Position numbers and translations under genes: made by a program. From Saccostrea cucullata (taxonomy: Eukaryota), in assembly GCF_032062105.1 (NCBI RefSeq), contig NW_026938566.1, positions 124,001-188,000 of the forward strand: 64,000 bases of DNA, given 5' to 3'. Positions 48,413 through 61,291 of this stretch are shown here, piece by piece (position 1 is the stretch's first letter; the number at the start of each line of letters is the position of its first letter). The notes beneath the pieces were generated by a model that saw only the letters and a list, made by a program, of their open reading frames with translations, was not told the origin of the DNA and ran no database searches.

Positions 48413-51400
48413 ATGGGATGCCCAAAGAGAGTCATTGTTGGTCTTTTAACTTTTCTTGGATTCCTCATTTTCTTTGGCTTCAGGACAGTGTTTACCATGG
48501 TTATGGTCTATGTTATCAAGGAAAATGACAACACCGGAGTGTCCTTGTTTGACAAGGTGAGAATAATAGCAAATATTTTCTTGATGTACTATAAAATATC
48601 ACTGTTCATGGGTGATCAATGGTCGCGGATTTCATAAGTTGCCTTAACCCTCAAATTCATATACCCATGAACGTTAACATTAATCTTTTATATGCATATT
48701 TTACAAGCTATCATCGAAGTAATTTCCTCGTGAACGTTCCCCGCTAACATTAGGGGAGTTTCAGGGATAAACCCATTTTGGTCCATATTTTTTGGTGCTG
48801 TTAACCACGGATATTTTATAATTTTCCCAATCTCCTCAATATAGGGGATTTTTAACGTTACTCTCTTCAGTTAAGACATTTATCAAACCTGATAAACCCA
48901 TACCAGAACTAAGTCGGAATCTTTTAGATTCCACCAGAAGTTTCAAAGAAGTACAAAGCCATCCTTGTAGATATAATGAAAGTAGATGTTTAAACGTAGT
49001 CGTATACTTTTGAAGAATGGATACTTTTAATTTATAGAGAATAGAAAAAAGAATTTCCATCATTTTTTTTGTTTCCTTATCTATCACTTTTTTTTAAATT
49101 CAAGTGCACCTTGAATGGTACCTCTAATGATCTACAATTAAACTGGAGTGTATCGCTGTCCCAGTACCTCAGCACGGCCTACTTTCTGGGATACTTAATA
49201 ACGCAACTACCAGGAGGATATTTAGCTGTCCGGTTTTCCCCAACTAAGTAATGTGATTTTTATACAATTAAAAAATAAATTTCAAATTAACAAATTTTAT
49301 TAGAGGACAGTATTTCCTCCAAATAAAATATGGTCTGACTTTTTAAAAATCTAAAAATCCTAATATTTTTTTCTAGAGTGTTTGGAGGAGCCATTCTTAT
49401 AAGTTCATCCTGTTTCTTGATAATGGCATTTTTCTTGAAGTACAGTCCAATCGTTGCTTATGTTGCTAGAATTATCCAAGGACTTGCAGAGGTATATGTA
49501 ACAGATGTTTTATATTTTTTGATTCACAACGGAAATTTTCATTGTACTTTCTTGGATATACGAGCATAACTCATTTCAAAGGGCACGTGTCAACCCGCCA
49601 TGGGTGCTGTAATGTCATCCTGGGCACCGAAATCGGAACGAGCGAGAATGGTGGGACTGTCGTATTCAGGTATTCTTTTAATTCACGTAGGGAAAAGTCT
49701 CTTCAAAGTTTCATTTCAAAAACATTTGATGTATACTGGTATATATGAAAATTTTTATGTGATGATATACAGAGCTACCCTCTAAAGTTTAATTAACACT
49801 TTAAAACATTTAATTTAAACACACTTTATCGAAAGCAAACGTGAAGAATTCGGAAATATAGGTTTTGATTTGTTTCTAAAATTTTACAAATAAATCTATC
49901 AAAACATTTTAGATACTAAAAGAATTGCACTATTTTACATCATTTTATTTCTAGAATTGTAAGAAAAGAATGGCTTATGATAACCAGTATACATGTATAT
50001 AATTGAAGGTATTTACCTGAGCGCATCACTGGGATCTGCTATAGCGGGAAGTACCACATGTTACGTCAGCTGGAACGCTGCACTCTTCATCTATGGTATA
50101 AATCTGAATCTGATGGTGGATTTGCAGACAATTTCATTGATATTTCAAACAAAATAAGAGTTCATAATTTCAAAAAATAAAATACCAAATGATAGACATC
50201 TTTCAAAAAAAAAATACAGACATGCAAAATACAACAGGCATAAAATATTTGAAAAAAAGTATAAATACATGTATGTCCTGTGAATGATAAAACGTCTGAA
50301 TAATAGATTTTAATATTCAGTCATTAACTAAAACATTAAAGTACTTTTTATTATGCAGGAGGTATGGGCATTCTTTGGTCGTTTGTTTGGTTTTGCATGG
50401 TATATGACAGTCCACTGATGCATCCATCATTGAGTGAAAAGGAGAGGGACATATTTGAGAAAGAAGGTTCCAACATCTTAAAGTCTTCCTCAGATCTTGT
50501 AAGAATTCATATTATGATGAACATTGATTTTAACAAAAAATGCGAAATAAAATCTGTTTTTAAAAACCAATGTACTTTATATTTATAAAGGCTAAAAGTG
50601 TTCCTTGGCGGCGGTTATTGACGTCACTTCCTGTCTGGGCATTGTACCTGGCCAATTTCACCAGATCCTGGGTTTTCGCTATGATCATTTTTGAAATTCC
50701 TCAATATTTTACGGATGCATTTGCTCTTAATGTGTCAACGGTAAAATTAAAATTACATAGTAGTACTGAAAGCCTTAATAATGCACATCTGTAAGGTAAA
50801 TGGTTCATAAACAAAATTAAAGGTACCTTTGTGTTAAAAAAAATATGCATTTTTTTCTTCTCCCAGATTGGATTCTTGACTTGTTTCCCGCCAATTCTAA
50901 TGACTGTGTCTGTAGTATTTGGAGGAATCTTCGTAGACAAACTAGTGAAAACTGAAAAAGTTTCAGTAACTGCTGGGCGTAAATTATCTCTTTGTATAGG
51001 TATTTGATTTAATTATCTGAGGTGTCTAAAACTTGATTCTTTTCATCCACACAACAAATAAATAATATATTGATTATATTTCTATATATTTTCAAGGTTT
51101 TGGATCAGAGTCCTTGTGCATTTTAGCTCTTGGTTTTGCTAGAGATTACAGCACAGCCGCTGTTCTTATAGTAGTTGCAGAGGGACTGGCAGGACTGTCT
51201 ATTGCAAGTATGTTCATTTATTAACTCATTTTACATTTAACCCATTCAAACATTTTACTATTTAGTAATATTCTTATTATAGGTTTTAAAGTCAATCCCG
51301 TTGACTTAGCCCCTCAATATGCCAGTGTTTTGACGGGAATAGTGAGGTCTGGGGTTCTAGGGGCTGCCATCGGTACTGCAATTGCTGGGGCTCTCAGAGA

Positions 51401-52010
51401 GAAGGTGAATTATTACTTTTTGAACTTTATTTTTCAAGAGAAAATTTATTAACAATGTTTAGTGTAATACTGAAGAGCAGTCTTAGTAAAAAGTCCCTTT
51501 CCTTGACAAAAGCATTTCATTGATACCGGGTTAGGCCTGTTACTTTTTCCAATCTTCTTAAGCGAGAATCAAAGAGACCAAGGTGGGTCATTTTTAGATA
51601 TGAAACACAATCACCTATTCTTCTTTCATATTTTTCTATCTGCAATTTTGTAGCAGTCAAACCCATAGTGGATTTGTTAGTTAATTTAATTTGTACATCT
51701 TTGTATTAATTGATAAATGGATTTTTTTGCCCTCTAGAATGCAGAGTCTTGGTACAGAATCTTCTTCATCACCGGATCAGTACATTTATTTGCTGTTATA
51801 TTCTACTCTGTGTTTGGGTCAGGACAACAGCAAGGGTGGGCTCAGACAGAATATACTATGTTAGATATACCAAAGGGTGATTCAGTGTACGGGTCCACTG
51901 TCATATCACTCGAGAAAACCAAAGACAACCTAGCAGAGATCGAGAAATCTAATACTGAGGAAAATCATAATGGCATTATTCCCAACGAAGATATTCCAGA
52001 CAAGAAATAG
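48413..52010 (+). CDS. SLC17 family anion transporter, divergent vesicular glutamate transporter-like, paralog 1, 501 aa
   Basis: Exons 48413-48556, 49105-49247, 49377-49491, 49582-49669, 50009-50095, 50359-50498, 50591-50740, 50867-50999, 51097-51207, 51283-51404, 51738-52010 (1506 nt, open). Motifs FGFR, GYLITQLPGG, RIIQGLAEG, WAPKSER, VPWRRLLTSLPVWA, ANFTRSW, VNPVDLAPQYA. Confidence 0.93.
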
Positions 52011-52319
52011 GTTGTTATTCAGTGCACTAATAAAATATGAATAAAATACATTTTTTTCTAATTCAATGTTTTAAATGCTTGTGATTATAATTTGTTTTCC
52101 TGTGAACTTGTCAAACAAGAACTTTTCATGTGCTTATATTTGCATACACACTGCTTTCTCCCACTATGAACATGCAGTCATCAACTGCGTTCATAGGACT
52201 ATAGACGCAACTTCTTCTGCTATGAATGCAACTGCTACATCTCACTCGTGTAGTACAAGTTTTACTACACTTATATGAAGTGTTGAGAAGTATATATATG
52301 AAATCTTTTGCTAAAGGAA

Positions 52320-53386
52320 TACGAGGGTTGATCCAAAAGTTCGTGGAATTTCTTTCTACAATTTTATCTTGATCTTATGAAAGCAAACAACAGGCATATT
52401 TATAATACAGAGTCATGATGCAACAATATTGGAAATTTTCACCACTTTCCAATCACCAATAATGTCACCCGAGCTTTCTGAAAATGGATTGTTGTGAAAC
52501 ACGGGAGAGACTTCGACGTTACGTCAAGTTAAATTTATCGCGTCGTTATAGTAGCATCTCACCTTAATATCAAAATTCGAATATGTAATTCTACAAAATG
52601 CTGACCTTTTTAAAAAAAATATTTTTCTTAAGAAAAGCCTGGTTATCCTTTCACACCAACTTGCTCTGTATCTTCATTTTTCACTCAATTTCAAAATACT
52701 CCCATCTTTCCACATGATGTTCCAATTTCAGTAGCAATGTCAAGAACAGTACGTCAGTCGACAACGTCCATTAACGCTTTTAATATGAGTAAGTGGTATA
52801 AACACTTAAAACAGTGCCTCCGAAAAGCGGTCACACCTTTAATCAACATTCATGGAAGTTCTTTTTTTTAAATTTCATATGCCACTGAAAAACAGTAACT
52901 AAATGCGTTTTTCCTAAACCAATGTCAGTAATATACGTGTTTACGATATTGTTATCCCAGGATTTTCACAAAACATATGAATTGACCGAAATTTGACGTT
53001 GTCTAACAACTCAAAGATGAACAATGAATCATCAACTAATAAACTTAATATCCAGTAAAATCAGTAAAACTTTTACACAAAGGTTTATAAAAAGTCAAGT
53101 AATCGTAATAATATTTTTGTTTTATTTACCACATAGGTCGGTTTTATTCTCACTTCACATATTAAGAATTAAAATGATCAATTAACGCGTTAATGTTTCC
53201 CCCGCATTTCCAAACAACTGTTTCTATGGCAACTGCTATGGAGTTACTATAATAAATATTTAAAATGCTCTTTTATTCAAAATATTCAACAAGTGTCTAT
53301 ATTCTCATTTAAAACTTTCAACAAATTTCACTTAAAAATAAATAAAATATGAAGAAATTCCACGTTCTTGTGGAACAACACTCGTA
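52320..53386 (-). mobile_element. Decayed mariner-type element
   Basis: Imperfect TIRs TACGAGGGTTGATCCAAAAGTTCGTGGAATTTCTT / AAGAAATTCCACGTTCTTGTGGAACAACACTCGTA. Minus-strand remnant VTVFQWHMKF near 52871-52899 resembles the mariner N-terminal HTH. Confidence 0.75.
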
Positions 53387-54047
53387 AATATAAGTTTTTA
53401 ATAATATTCTTTGAAAAAAAGAAATTCAGAATATTTAAAATTGCTGATTTATATCTTTAAAAATTTAATTTTGGTCAATGTATTTAATTGTAAAATAAAA
53501 CTTTTTAAGAATTGTAGAGAAATGCCATATTTTTATTTTTTCGTATCATATTTTTGCATATTTGTACAAAGAACGGTAACTCTTCACACTTGGGTAATAA
53601 TATTCAGAAAAAGAAAATTTCTTTAACTAGTATAGCTATTTCAAGAATGATTTCAGCTCTGAAAAATAAATAAAAAAACTAAAAAAATCACAGAAAAGCA
53701 TTCTGGAGTAATAATCATTATTAAAGCATTATCATTTTTCATCATAGTGTTTTAAATCATTGATTTTTGTCAGAGGGTTTCAATAACGTTGATCGTTGAT
53801 GTCACAGCTGCATAAAAACAAAAAGTAAGAGAATGTGATGACGGCACGGCTTCTATCCAGATAATTGTATTTGAGAGGCAAATACTTTATAAATTGTTTG
53901 TGATTTATTAGAGAAAAGGAGCATTCATTGATCAGGTGTACAGATTTTAAAGCCGTATGTTTTTCCTTTCTGAAGACAAGAAGCTGCGTCCTTATGTAAG
54001 TCAGGATTTCCTCTGATATTCATGAAAAAAATCAAATTATGCAAATA

Positions 54048-54208
54048 TAAGTAATAAACAATGATTATTCAGTGAACATGGCATTATGAATAGCAATAGC
54101 TCTGCTGGCATATTTTCCATGATGCGCTAGCGCGCATTATGGAATATGCCAGCAGAGCAATTGCTATTCATAACGCCATGTTCACTGAATAACGTTGTTT
54201 ATTTCTTA
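54048..54208. mobile_element. Foldback (hairpin) MITE
   Basis: ~78-bp imperfect arms TAAGTAATAAACAATGATTATTCAGTGAACATGGC... / ...GCCATGTTCACTGAATAACGTTGTTTATTTCTTA. Confidence 0.85.
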
Positions 54209-54747
54209 AATGCTTCCAAAGTAATTTTTTTTAAAGATAAATATTCATTGCTACAAGTATCTCTTAAATTTATAAAATAAAGTTATTTCAATCTGAAGAT
54301 GGATACATTACATCAAGAAAGCGCTATTAAAATGGGATATGAAAACTGCCATTTTGTTCTTTTCTTGTTAATTTTTTAAGCCCTTATTTTCATTAAAGAG
54401 CCTTAAGTTGACAGCATAAATGTTGTGCCTTGTTATATGTAAAATGTTCAATCTGTATTCAATATTGTCTTTTTAAAAGTTCAGTTTTTTTAATGTTCTG
54501 TTCTCATCGTAATCAAATTTACTATTGTGTAGTATTACTGTTGTTCATTTCTTTTGTTCCACTATTTTTCTTTGAATTAATAAAATATTCAATTACTTTC
54601 TTATGAATTAGTTACAAAAATTCTAAAGAAGAAAATTAGAACAATATACTGATTGCCTTATCACCCGTGCTCCCTCACCTTATCATTGCATTCTTCCTTC
54701 ACTGGCCATAGGGTAAATCAAGTGTGCTAGTGGGCAGTGCAATAGTC

Positions 54748-55752
54748 TTTATTGTCCCCCGCTTTCGCGAAAGCGAGGGGACATTAAATCTCATTCGTCT
54801 GTCCGTCTGTCTGTCTGTCTGTCCGTCACAAAAACTTTAACCTTGCCCATAACTTTTGATTTAGTGGAGCTATGATTTTCATATTTCATATGTTTATTCC
54901 TTGTGATAAGACCTTTCTTTGGGTACCACCAAATTTGACCTTTTGACCTTGACCTTGAAGTTTGACCAACTTTTACTAAAAAATTTCAAACTTTTACTTT
55001 GGCCATAACTTTTGAATGGTAGGTACTAGGACTTTTATATTTCACAAATTTATTTTTTGGGACAAGACCTTTCATTGGATACCAACAACTTTGACCTTTT
55101 GACCTTGACCTTGGAAATTTACGTACTTATGAAAAAACTATAACCGTGACCATAATTTTTGAACGGTAAGGGCTGTGGCTTTTATACTTCACATATGTTA
55201 TTCCTGTAAGAAGACCTTTCATTGGATACCAAGAACTTTAACCTTTTGACCTTGACCTTGGAGTTTTAACTACTTTTTAAAAATTATAACCTTGGTCACA
55301 ACTTTTGAACGGTAGATACAAGGACTTTTATATTTCACATATGTATTCTTTGTGGCAAGACCTAACTTTGACCTTTTGACCTTGACCTTGGAGATTTACG
55401 TACTTCTGAAAAAACTTTAACCTTGACCATAACTTTTAAACGGTAAGGGCTAGGGCTTTCGTACTTCACGTATGTAATTTTTGTGAGAAGACCTTTCATT
55501 GAATACCAAGAACTTTGACCCTTTGACCTTGACCTTGGAGTTTTAACTACTTTTTAAAAACTTTAACCTTGGTCACAACTTTTAAACAGTAGAAACTAGG
55601 ACTTTCATATTTTAAATATATGTATTCTTTGTGGCAAGACCTTTCATGGGATACCAATAACTTTGACCTTTTGACCTTGACCCTAAAAAATAATATCTCG
55701 CCCACAAAGACACCGAAAGCGGGGGACCACAATTCTTTGAATTTGCTTGTTT
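54748..55752. mobile_element. Complete HINE/pearl-like element with six ~147-bp internal repeats
   Basis: 14-bp IR GTCCCCCGCTTTCG (54754-54767) / CGAAAGCGGGGGAC (55714-55727). (GTCT/GTCC)n microsatellite. TTT(G/A)ACC..TGACCTTGACC anchors at 54934, 55090, 55237, 55367, 55514 and 55662. Confidence 0.88.
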
Positions 55753-56850
55753 ACTTCCTTTTTACTATGTTTCATGAATTCTCAATATATGGAACAAACA
55801 TACAAGTATGAACATTGGCAAAGTGGTGTGGTCGTAGTCATAAATGGAAACAATATTTTCATTATTTTGTTAACAATATACTAGTAGATATGCAATAAAC
55901 ATTGTTACATGAATGACAATTTCAAACCTTCAGAGAAGCCTTACAGGTGTGCAGCTTCACTCCCTTTCAACTGCAAGTTTCTTATTGTACTCGTACAAAC
56001 AATATAACCATCGGAAATTGTGCAGTGATCTGACGTCAGCAGAAAAATCTTGGATACAAATAAAAGGACCCTTGTTATAAAGTTGACTGTAAATATTGAA
56101 GATAATTTTAGATTAATTTTTTTTCTTTGTTTATATAGAATACAAGATATTGAGTTGTTTCTTGGTAACTTTTCTGAATAACTTACGGAAATGGTCGGTT
56201 TTTCATTTTTTTTTAATATATAGCTTCATAATGACCAATGTCCTAATTCAACCATACTTTCTAAGTTTCTGGAACTTGTGTCTAATCCCTTTGATATATT
56301 GTCAATAAAATATGTTTAAAATAAAAAAAATAACATTTCTATATCTAAAAAGATCGAAACGTGCAATCTATTATGATAAAAAACCCGCGGATGCGAACAT
56401 TTTACGTTAGTGAATGGATTTGTGTTTTCTATTAATAAAATATTATAAATAATGGCCAAAAGATAAACTAATGACAAAGAGTTTATAACATTTTTCATAA
56501 CAGATTAGGAATGTATAGTGATAAAAAAATTAATGAGGTGGGAAATATTCATAGTCTTACTCCCATTCATGATAAAAAAAAAACACGACTTAAGGGGTGA
56601 ATTTGACATTAATTAACGCTGTTGGCAAAGTGGAGTTATGAAGTGGTGCTTAGGATGCAAAACTACACGTGATTCAATTTCAAGTGTTTCAAGTAAGGAT
56701 ATTCAATTTAATAATCAGGAATATGTTTTCACCTTGATCAGTCTAGTTAAAATAATTTTCGCATTCACTACCCCTTCTTTGTGATAAAGGGATTGGGACA
56801 CTTTTAATTTTAATTTGATTTTCAGTTACTTGTCCTTGGGATTCTATATA

Positions 56851-57020
56851 TACAGACTAAAAACCTAGATTTTTTTCACTCATCTCTTAATCATAAGCAT
56901 CTTTTAAAATTGTTTGTCGAAGTTCAGATTTCGTAATAAAGTACTGTACAGACTCGGAACCTAAATTCTGTCACTCATCTCTGAATCATAAGCATCTTTC
57001 GATATTAATTGTCGAAGTAC
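56851..57020. repeat. Diverged 96-bp tandem duplication
   Basis: TACAGACT..AACCTA..TCACTCATCTCT.AATCATAAGCATCTTT..TTGTCGAAGT at 56851 and 56947. Confidence 0.8.
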
Positions 57021-60000
57021 TTAACTGTATTAACCGGTCATCGGCACTCACAATTATTAATGTTTCTCGTAAACAAATAAAAGCCGAGGTTTTACCTTTG
57101 GCTTATAAAATATTGCATTTATTTATCAGTATATATACAGATCTCAATTAGAGCTTATAAAAAACTTGTGAACATTCATAAAAGAAAATTGAAATTGCAA
57201 AAAAATTCCTTGATACGCTTATGAATTTTTTTTTTTATCAAAGTGCAATTTGAGACTAAAAAAAAAAAATTGCAAAATTATAGCAAAATTATAGCAAAGA
57301 AATCACAAGATTATCGAATATGAGTCAAACGTTTTTGAAATTTGTGCATAAATATCAAATTTTTGAATATGAATATCATCTTTTCGAAAACAAATCTCAA
57401 AATTTTGTTCATGAATTACAAAATCACAAATATGGATAACAATTATTATATATAAATAAATCAGATTGTTTCAGAAATAAAAAGAAAACAAAATTTTAAA
57501 AACGAATAAACGTATGTATAGCAAATCTGAAATATATGTATTACTCAGCTTTTGTGTAATTTTGCAAATTTTACACGCCATAGTAAGTCAGACAGAAAAC
57601 AAGTTTAAAAGAGCCCAACCGTTTAATTGGATACTTTGAAGTGCAAAAAGTAACATGGGAGTGGGTTAAGTAACGGTTGGCAACATTACTTGTACAACTG
57701 TGTAACACATATGACGAAGTTCTACATTTTCACTTCAAGCCATACATATTTTAATCACAAATACTCTCCTCAGAACAAAGAACTGATTCATATACCGTAC
57801 ACGTTCCGCTTTTGTTCGTTTAATTGAACTTCTGGACAACAGGGTGTGCTCTGCAGCGGGCGGAAGGGCCCCACTTCCTCAGAGAGTCAATGATAAAGTG
57901 CTGAAAATAATAAATAATATATATAATATATAATGTACTAAATGTTAGATCTATATGTAGACATCAGAATGAACTAAAAATTATTTATAGTCATAATTTT
58001 CAAATTTCCTTCAAAATCAACGAGAGAATTTTTGTAATACATATATTAAAACTGAAAGTACATCAAATACCTTAAAACATATTCTATTAAGTTTGAGCGC
58101 CGTATCGGGTTGTGCATAAAAAATATATATGCATTGAAACTTAAATTAAAATTGAATTTGAAGTACGCAAATGTAAATCACAATTTGAAAAACATACTTT
58201 TTGGTATGTTTTAATGACTTCCAACTGAATACTAGTAATATGAAATTTTACGTAATTATTATATCTACACAAGGTTTTGTAGATGAAATATAAGGAGACA
58301 ACATGTAACGAACAGTATATAATAATTACGTAAAATAAAAAAAAGTTTTATGTTCCTATCCCCTGTGGTTTCAATTGTCATTTTCTAGAACATGGACACA
58401 GATGTATTAAATGCGTGCGACATTTGACCCGAATTGATCGCCGTTTGACACTGCAAGCGGCGAGCAAACAGGAATTACATAACTTACTCAATATCAATAA
58501 GCTGTTGTATGTTGAGGCTATGTAGAAAGAGAATTCAGTGCATTGATAAACATAATTTAAACTTGCTTTTATGTACTTTTATTTTTCATTTATTGTTATG
58601 AGATTATTTTAAAAAATTGAACGGTTGAACTTAAAGTACGATTGTTTAGTCCAGGAATGTTTTTATTTTACTGTTTATCTGCAGATGTGTAAAATTCTAC
58701 GTCATAATTTGACACACTTTGTGAAAATCATGTGAAAATTTTTATGTGGGAATAGTAATTTTCTAAACAAATAATTAATTTCCTTAAATTTAGGTATTAA
58801 GTTGCTTTTTCCAAATCTTTTTAATTTCAAAAACAAAATAATTATTTCTAAATGTATTCATTATTTTCTGTTTTTAAAATGTACAAAATACAGGTAAATC
58901 TAAACATCTATTGTTATTTGCAAGTGAATAACATTGAGAAGTTAAAAATGTTAACTAAGACAATAATTTGACACAGAGTAATTTAGTAATCTATATTATT
59001 TCCCTCCTAACACCCAAATTAAGAAAACAGAAATTATTTCTAAAGGTGAATTCATTTTTTTTTTCATATTTAGCATCATGTAACATTTCAAATGTTAACT
59101 AAGAATAAAAAAAAAAGTAATTCGGTAAATATTTGGATATTGTATCTGACTTTAGACGATAAGAACAAACTATTAACAACTAATTTGATTGATAAACGCA
59201 CAGGCATTTTTCTTTTGATAAAATAATAAATCCCCCTTATTATTAGGTAGGGGGTATATTTTTTTTATTAAAAGAAAAATAAGTAACGTCAGGTGCCTTT
59301 GGACAAGCAATATGAGGCTTTTCCATTGTCAACTTTTTATTTTAAAATATTTTTCCACTGCCATCTGAATATATAATGTTAACATCTCCCAACTAACTCG
59401 AGGATAAAGAACATATCCTGAGTTCGATTATTAAACCAAGACAGGCTACTGATAGACAAGTTAAAGTAAAAGGAATTACAAAAACCTCGATTAAAGTCAG
59501 TATTTCATAAACTCTACTGTCGCTATAATAATCTTGTCCGCAAATACCTATAGCATTTGTTGGTATTTTGACTGTCGAGTTCCATGCAAGTTGTTAGACC
59601 TTCGTTTTTATACTAAAATTCTGTCTACCTGATTTATACACAGGGCTCACACGGGAGGGAACCGGTTTAGAGGGGTATACTTACTTCTTCATTCACCTGA
59701 TCCTACCTAGCTCTTGAATGGGGGTCCGCGTTTTATAGCATCATAATAATTGCTCTATTGTCCATTGCTCTATTTATTTAGACATCTGTTTCAGCGGTGA
59801 GTGTAAAGCTACATGCACACGGCACGGACACTTTCATTCGAATTCATTTAATAACAATACTTATACTAATGACAAACAGCCAGGGATTACGTTGATATCG
59901 AGCTACGTTTTAGAAGTATGTATATTCTTTGTTAATAATGTTAATTATAAATTAAGGCAACAGTTATTTTTGTATTTCATACTGAATTTTTGTTATACTC

Positions 60001-60410
60001 AATGAAAATAAAGAAATGTACATGTTATCAGATAAATTTACTTACGCGAAGTTTTATTTGGAATCTGTCGATGGCAGTCTCAAAGCTATACATGTAAGTG
60101 GTTTCTGCCCTAAATAACTTCAGCATTAGACCTTATATAGAAAAAAGACACTTTAAACTGTATAATTGCTCTCGATCAAACGTAGTCTCACTTGCAATAC
60201 AATGTGCACTAAGATAATGATGATCTCAATCAATGAAGACATTGATTTAAGATATGTCTTAATTAGGCTAACAACGAGAGAAACTAGTATTTAATGTGTA
60301 CTATAAAAGAATTATATATTTTGTGGCCTTTATCTACAATGTGAAATGCTTATAATTCGTACAAACTAAGTATATGTAACGTCCTATCGAATTTTTTCAC
60401 TCACATTTAA

Positions 60411-60802
60411 GGGACTCCGACCCTCAGCCAGGAAGGACAACTCTTTAATTTATAATTTAATTCAAAAAGTCTTTAAATTTGCTTGAAAATTAAATTTTTT
60501 CATGCAACAATTTTCATTATATGCCTCTCAATGTGCTTCAAGTTCTTTGCAAAGCTCCATAAATCACTTCTAATTTCATATCATGTTAATAACCATTGGT
60601 ATCTAAAAATGCTTTTTCGGGATAAAAATTTCTACTTTTAATTAGACCTTTCTGAGAAGTTCAAAGAACCTTGAAGCACATTGAGAGGCATATAATGAAA
60701 ATTGTTGCATGAAAAGATTTAATTTTCAAGCTTCATTTAAAGACTTTTTGAATTAAATTATAAATTAAGGAGTTGTCCTTCCTGGCTGAGGGTTGGAGTC
60801 CC
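60411..60802. mobile_element. TTAA-flanked MITE with ~140-bp TIRs (Kolobok-like)
   Basis: TTAA-GGGACTCCGACCCTCAGCCAGGAAGGACAACTC... / ...GAGTTGTCCTTCCTGGCTGAGGGTTGGAGTCCC-TTAA. Confidence 0.9.
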
Positions 60803-60929
60803 TTAAATGCTAACAATTGCCGATGGAGGACTGAAAATTAAAGGGCCTGGTGAGGACATTACATCAGAGTTGGAAAAGCTGAGTAGCAATTTGGAAGGCT
60901 CAGAAAAGACTTACCGGTACACAATGTAC

Positions 60930-61080
60930 ATGTACTCGGCACCTAAGCCTTTGAGCACTGAGGGATCTTTTTTTTTGTGCTAACACCCACTGCGCGACTG
61001 AGACCTCGATTTATACGGTCTCATCCGAAGGACAGCAGTCTACACGTTCTGCAATGGGATTTGAACCCGAGGGATCAACT
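60930..61080 (-). mobile_element. Probable tRNA-derived SINE 5' fragment
   Basis: Minus-strand B-box TCGGGTTCAAATCCC (61056-61070), followed by CCTTCGGATGAGACCGTATAAATCGAGGTCTC, a core resembling molluscan SINEs (recalled, not searched). Confidence 0.55.
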
Positions 61081-61291
61081 CCTGAAATACTCTGCAAATT
61101 GCTCATTCAAGAGCAAAAGCTTCCAATCTTCACGCTTACAAACCAAATAAAATACCACTGTTTACTTCATTTTCCAATCACTCATTATAATCTGATAAAT
61201 GTCTTATAATGTATATACCATGTCTTACTTGGAGCAGATTTTCCAGACTTGAAATCGATTCTTTCTTCGAAGCTTAGGGTGATCTTCCATA

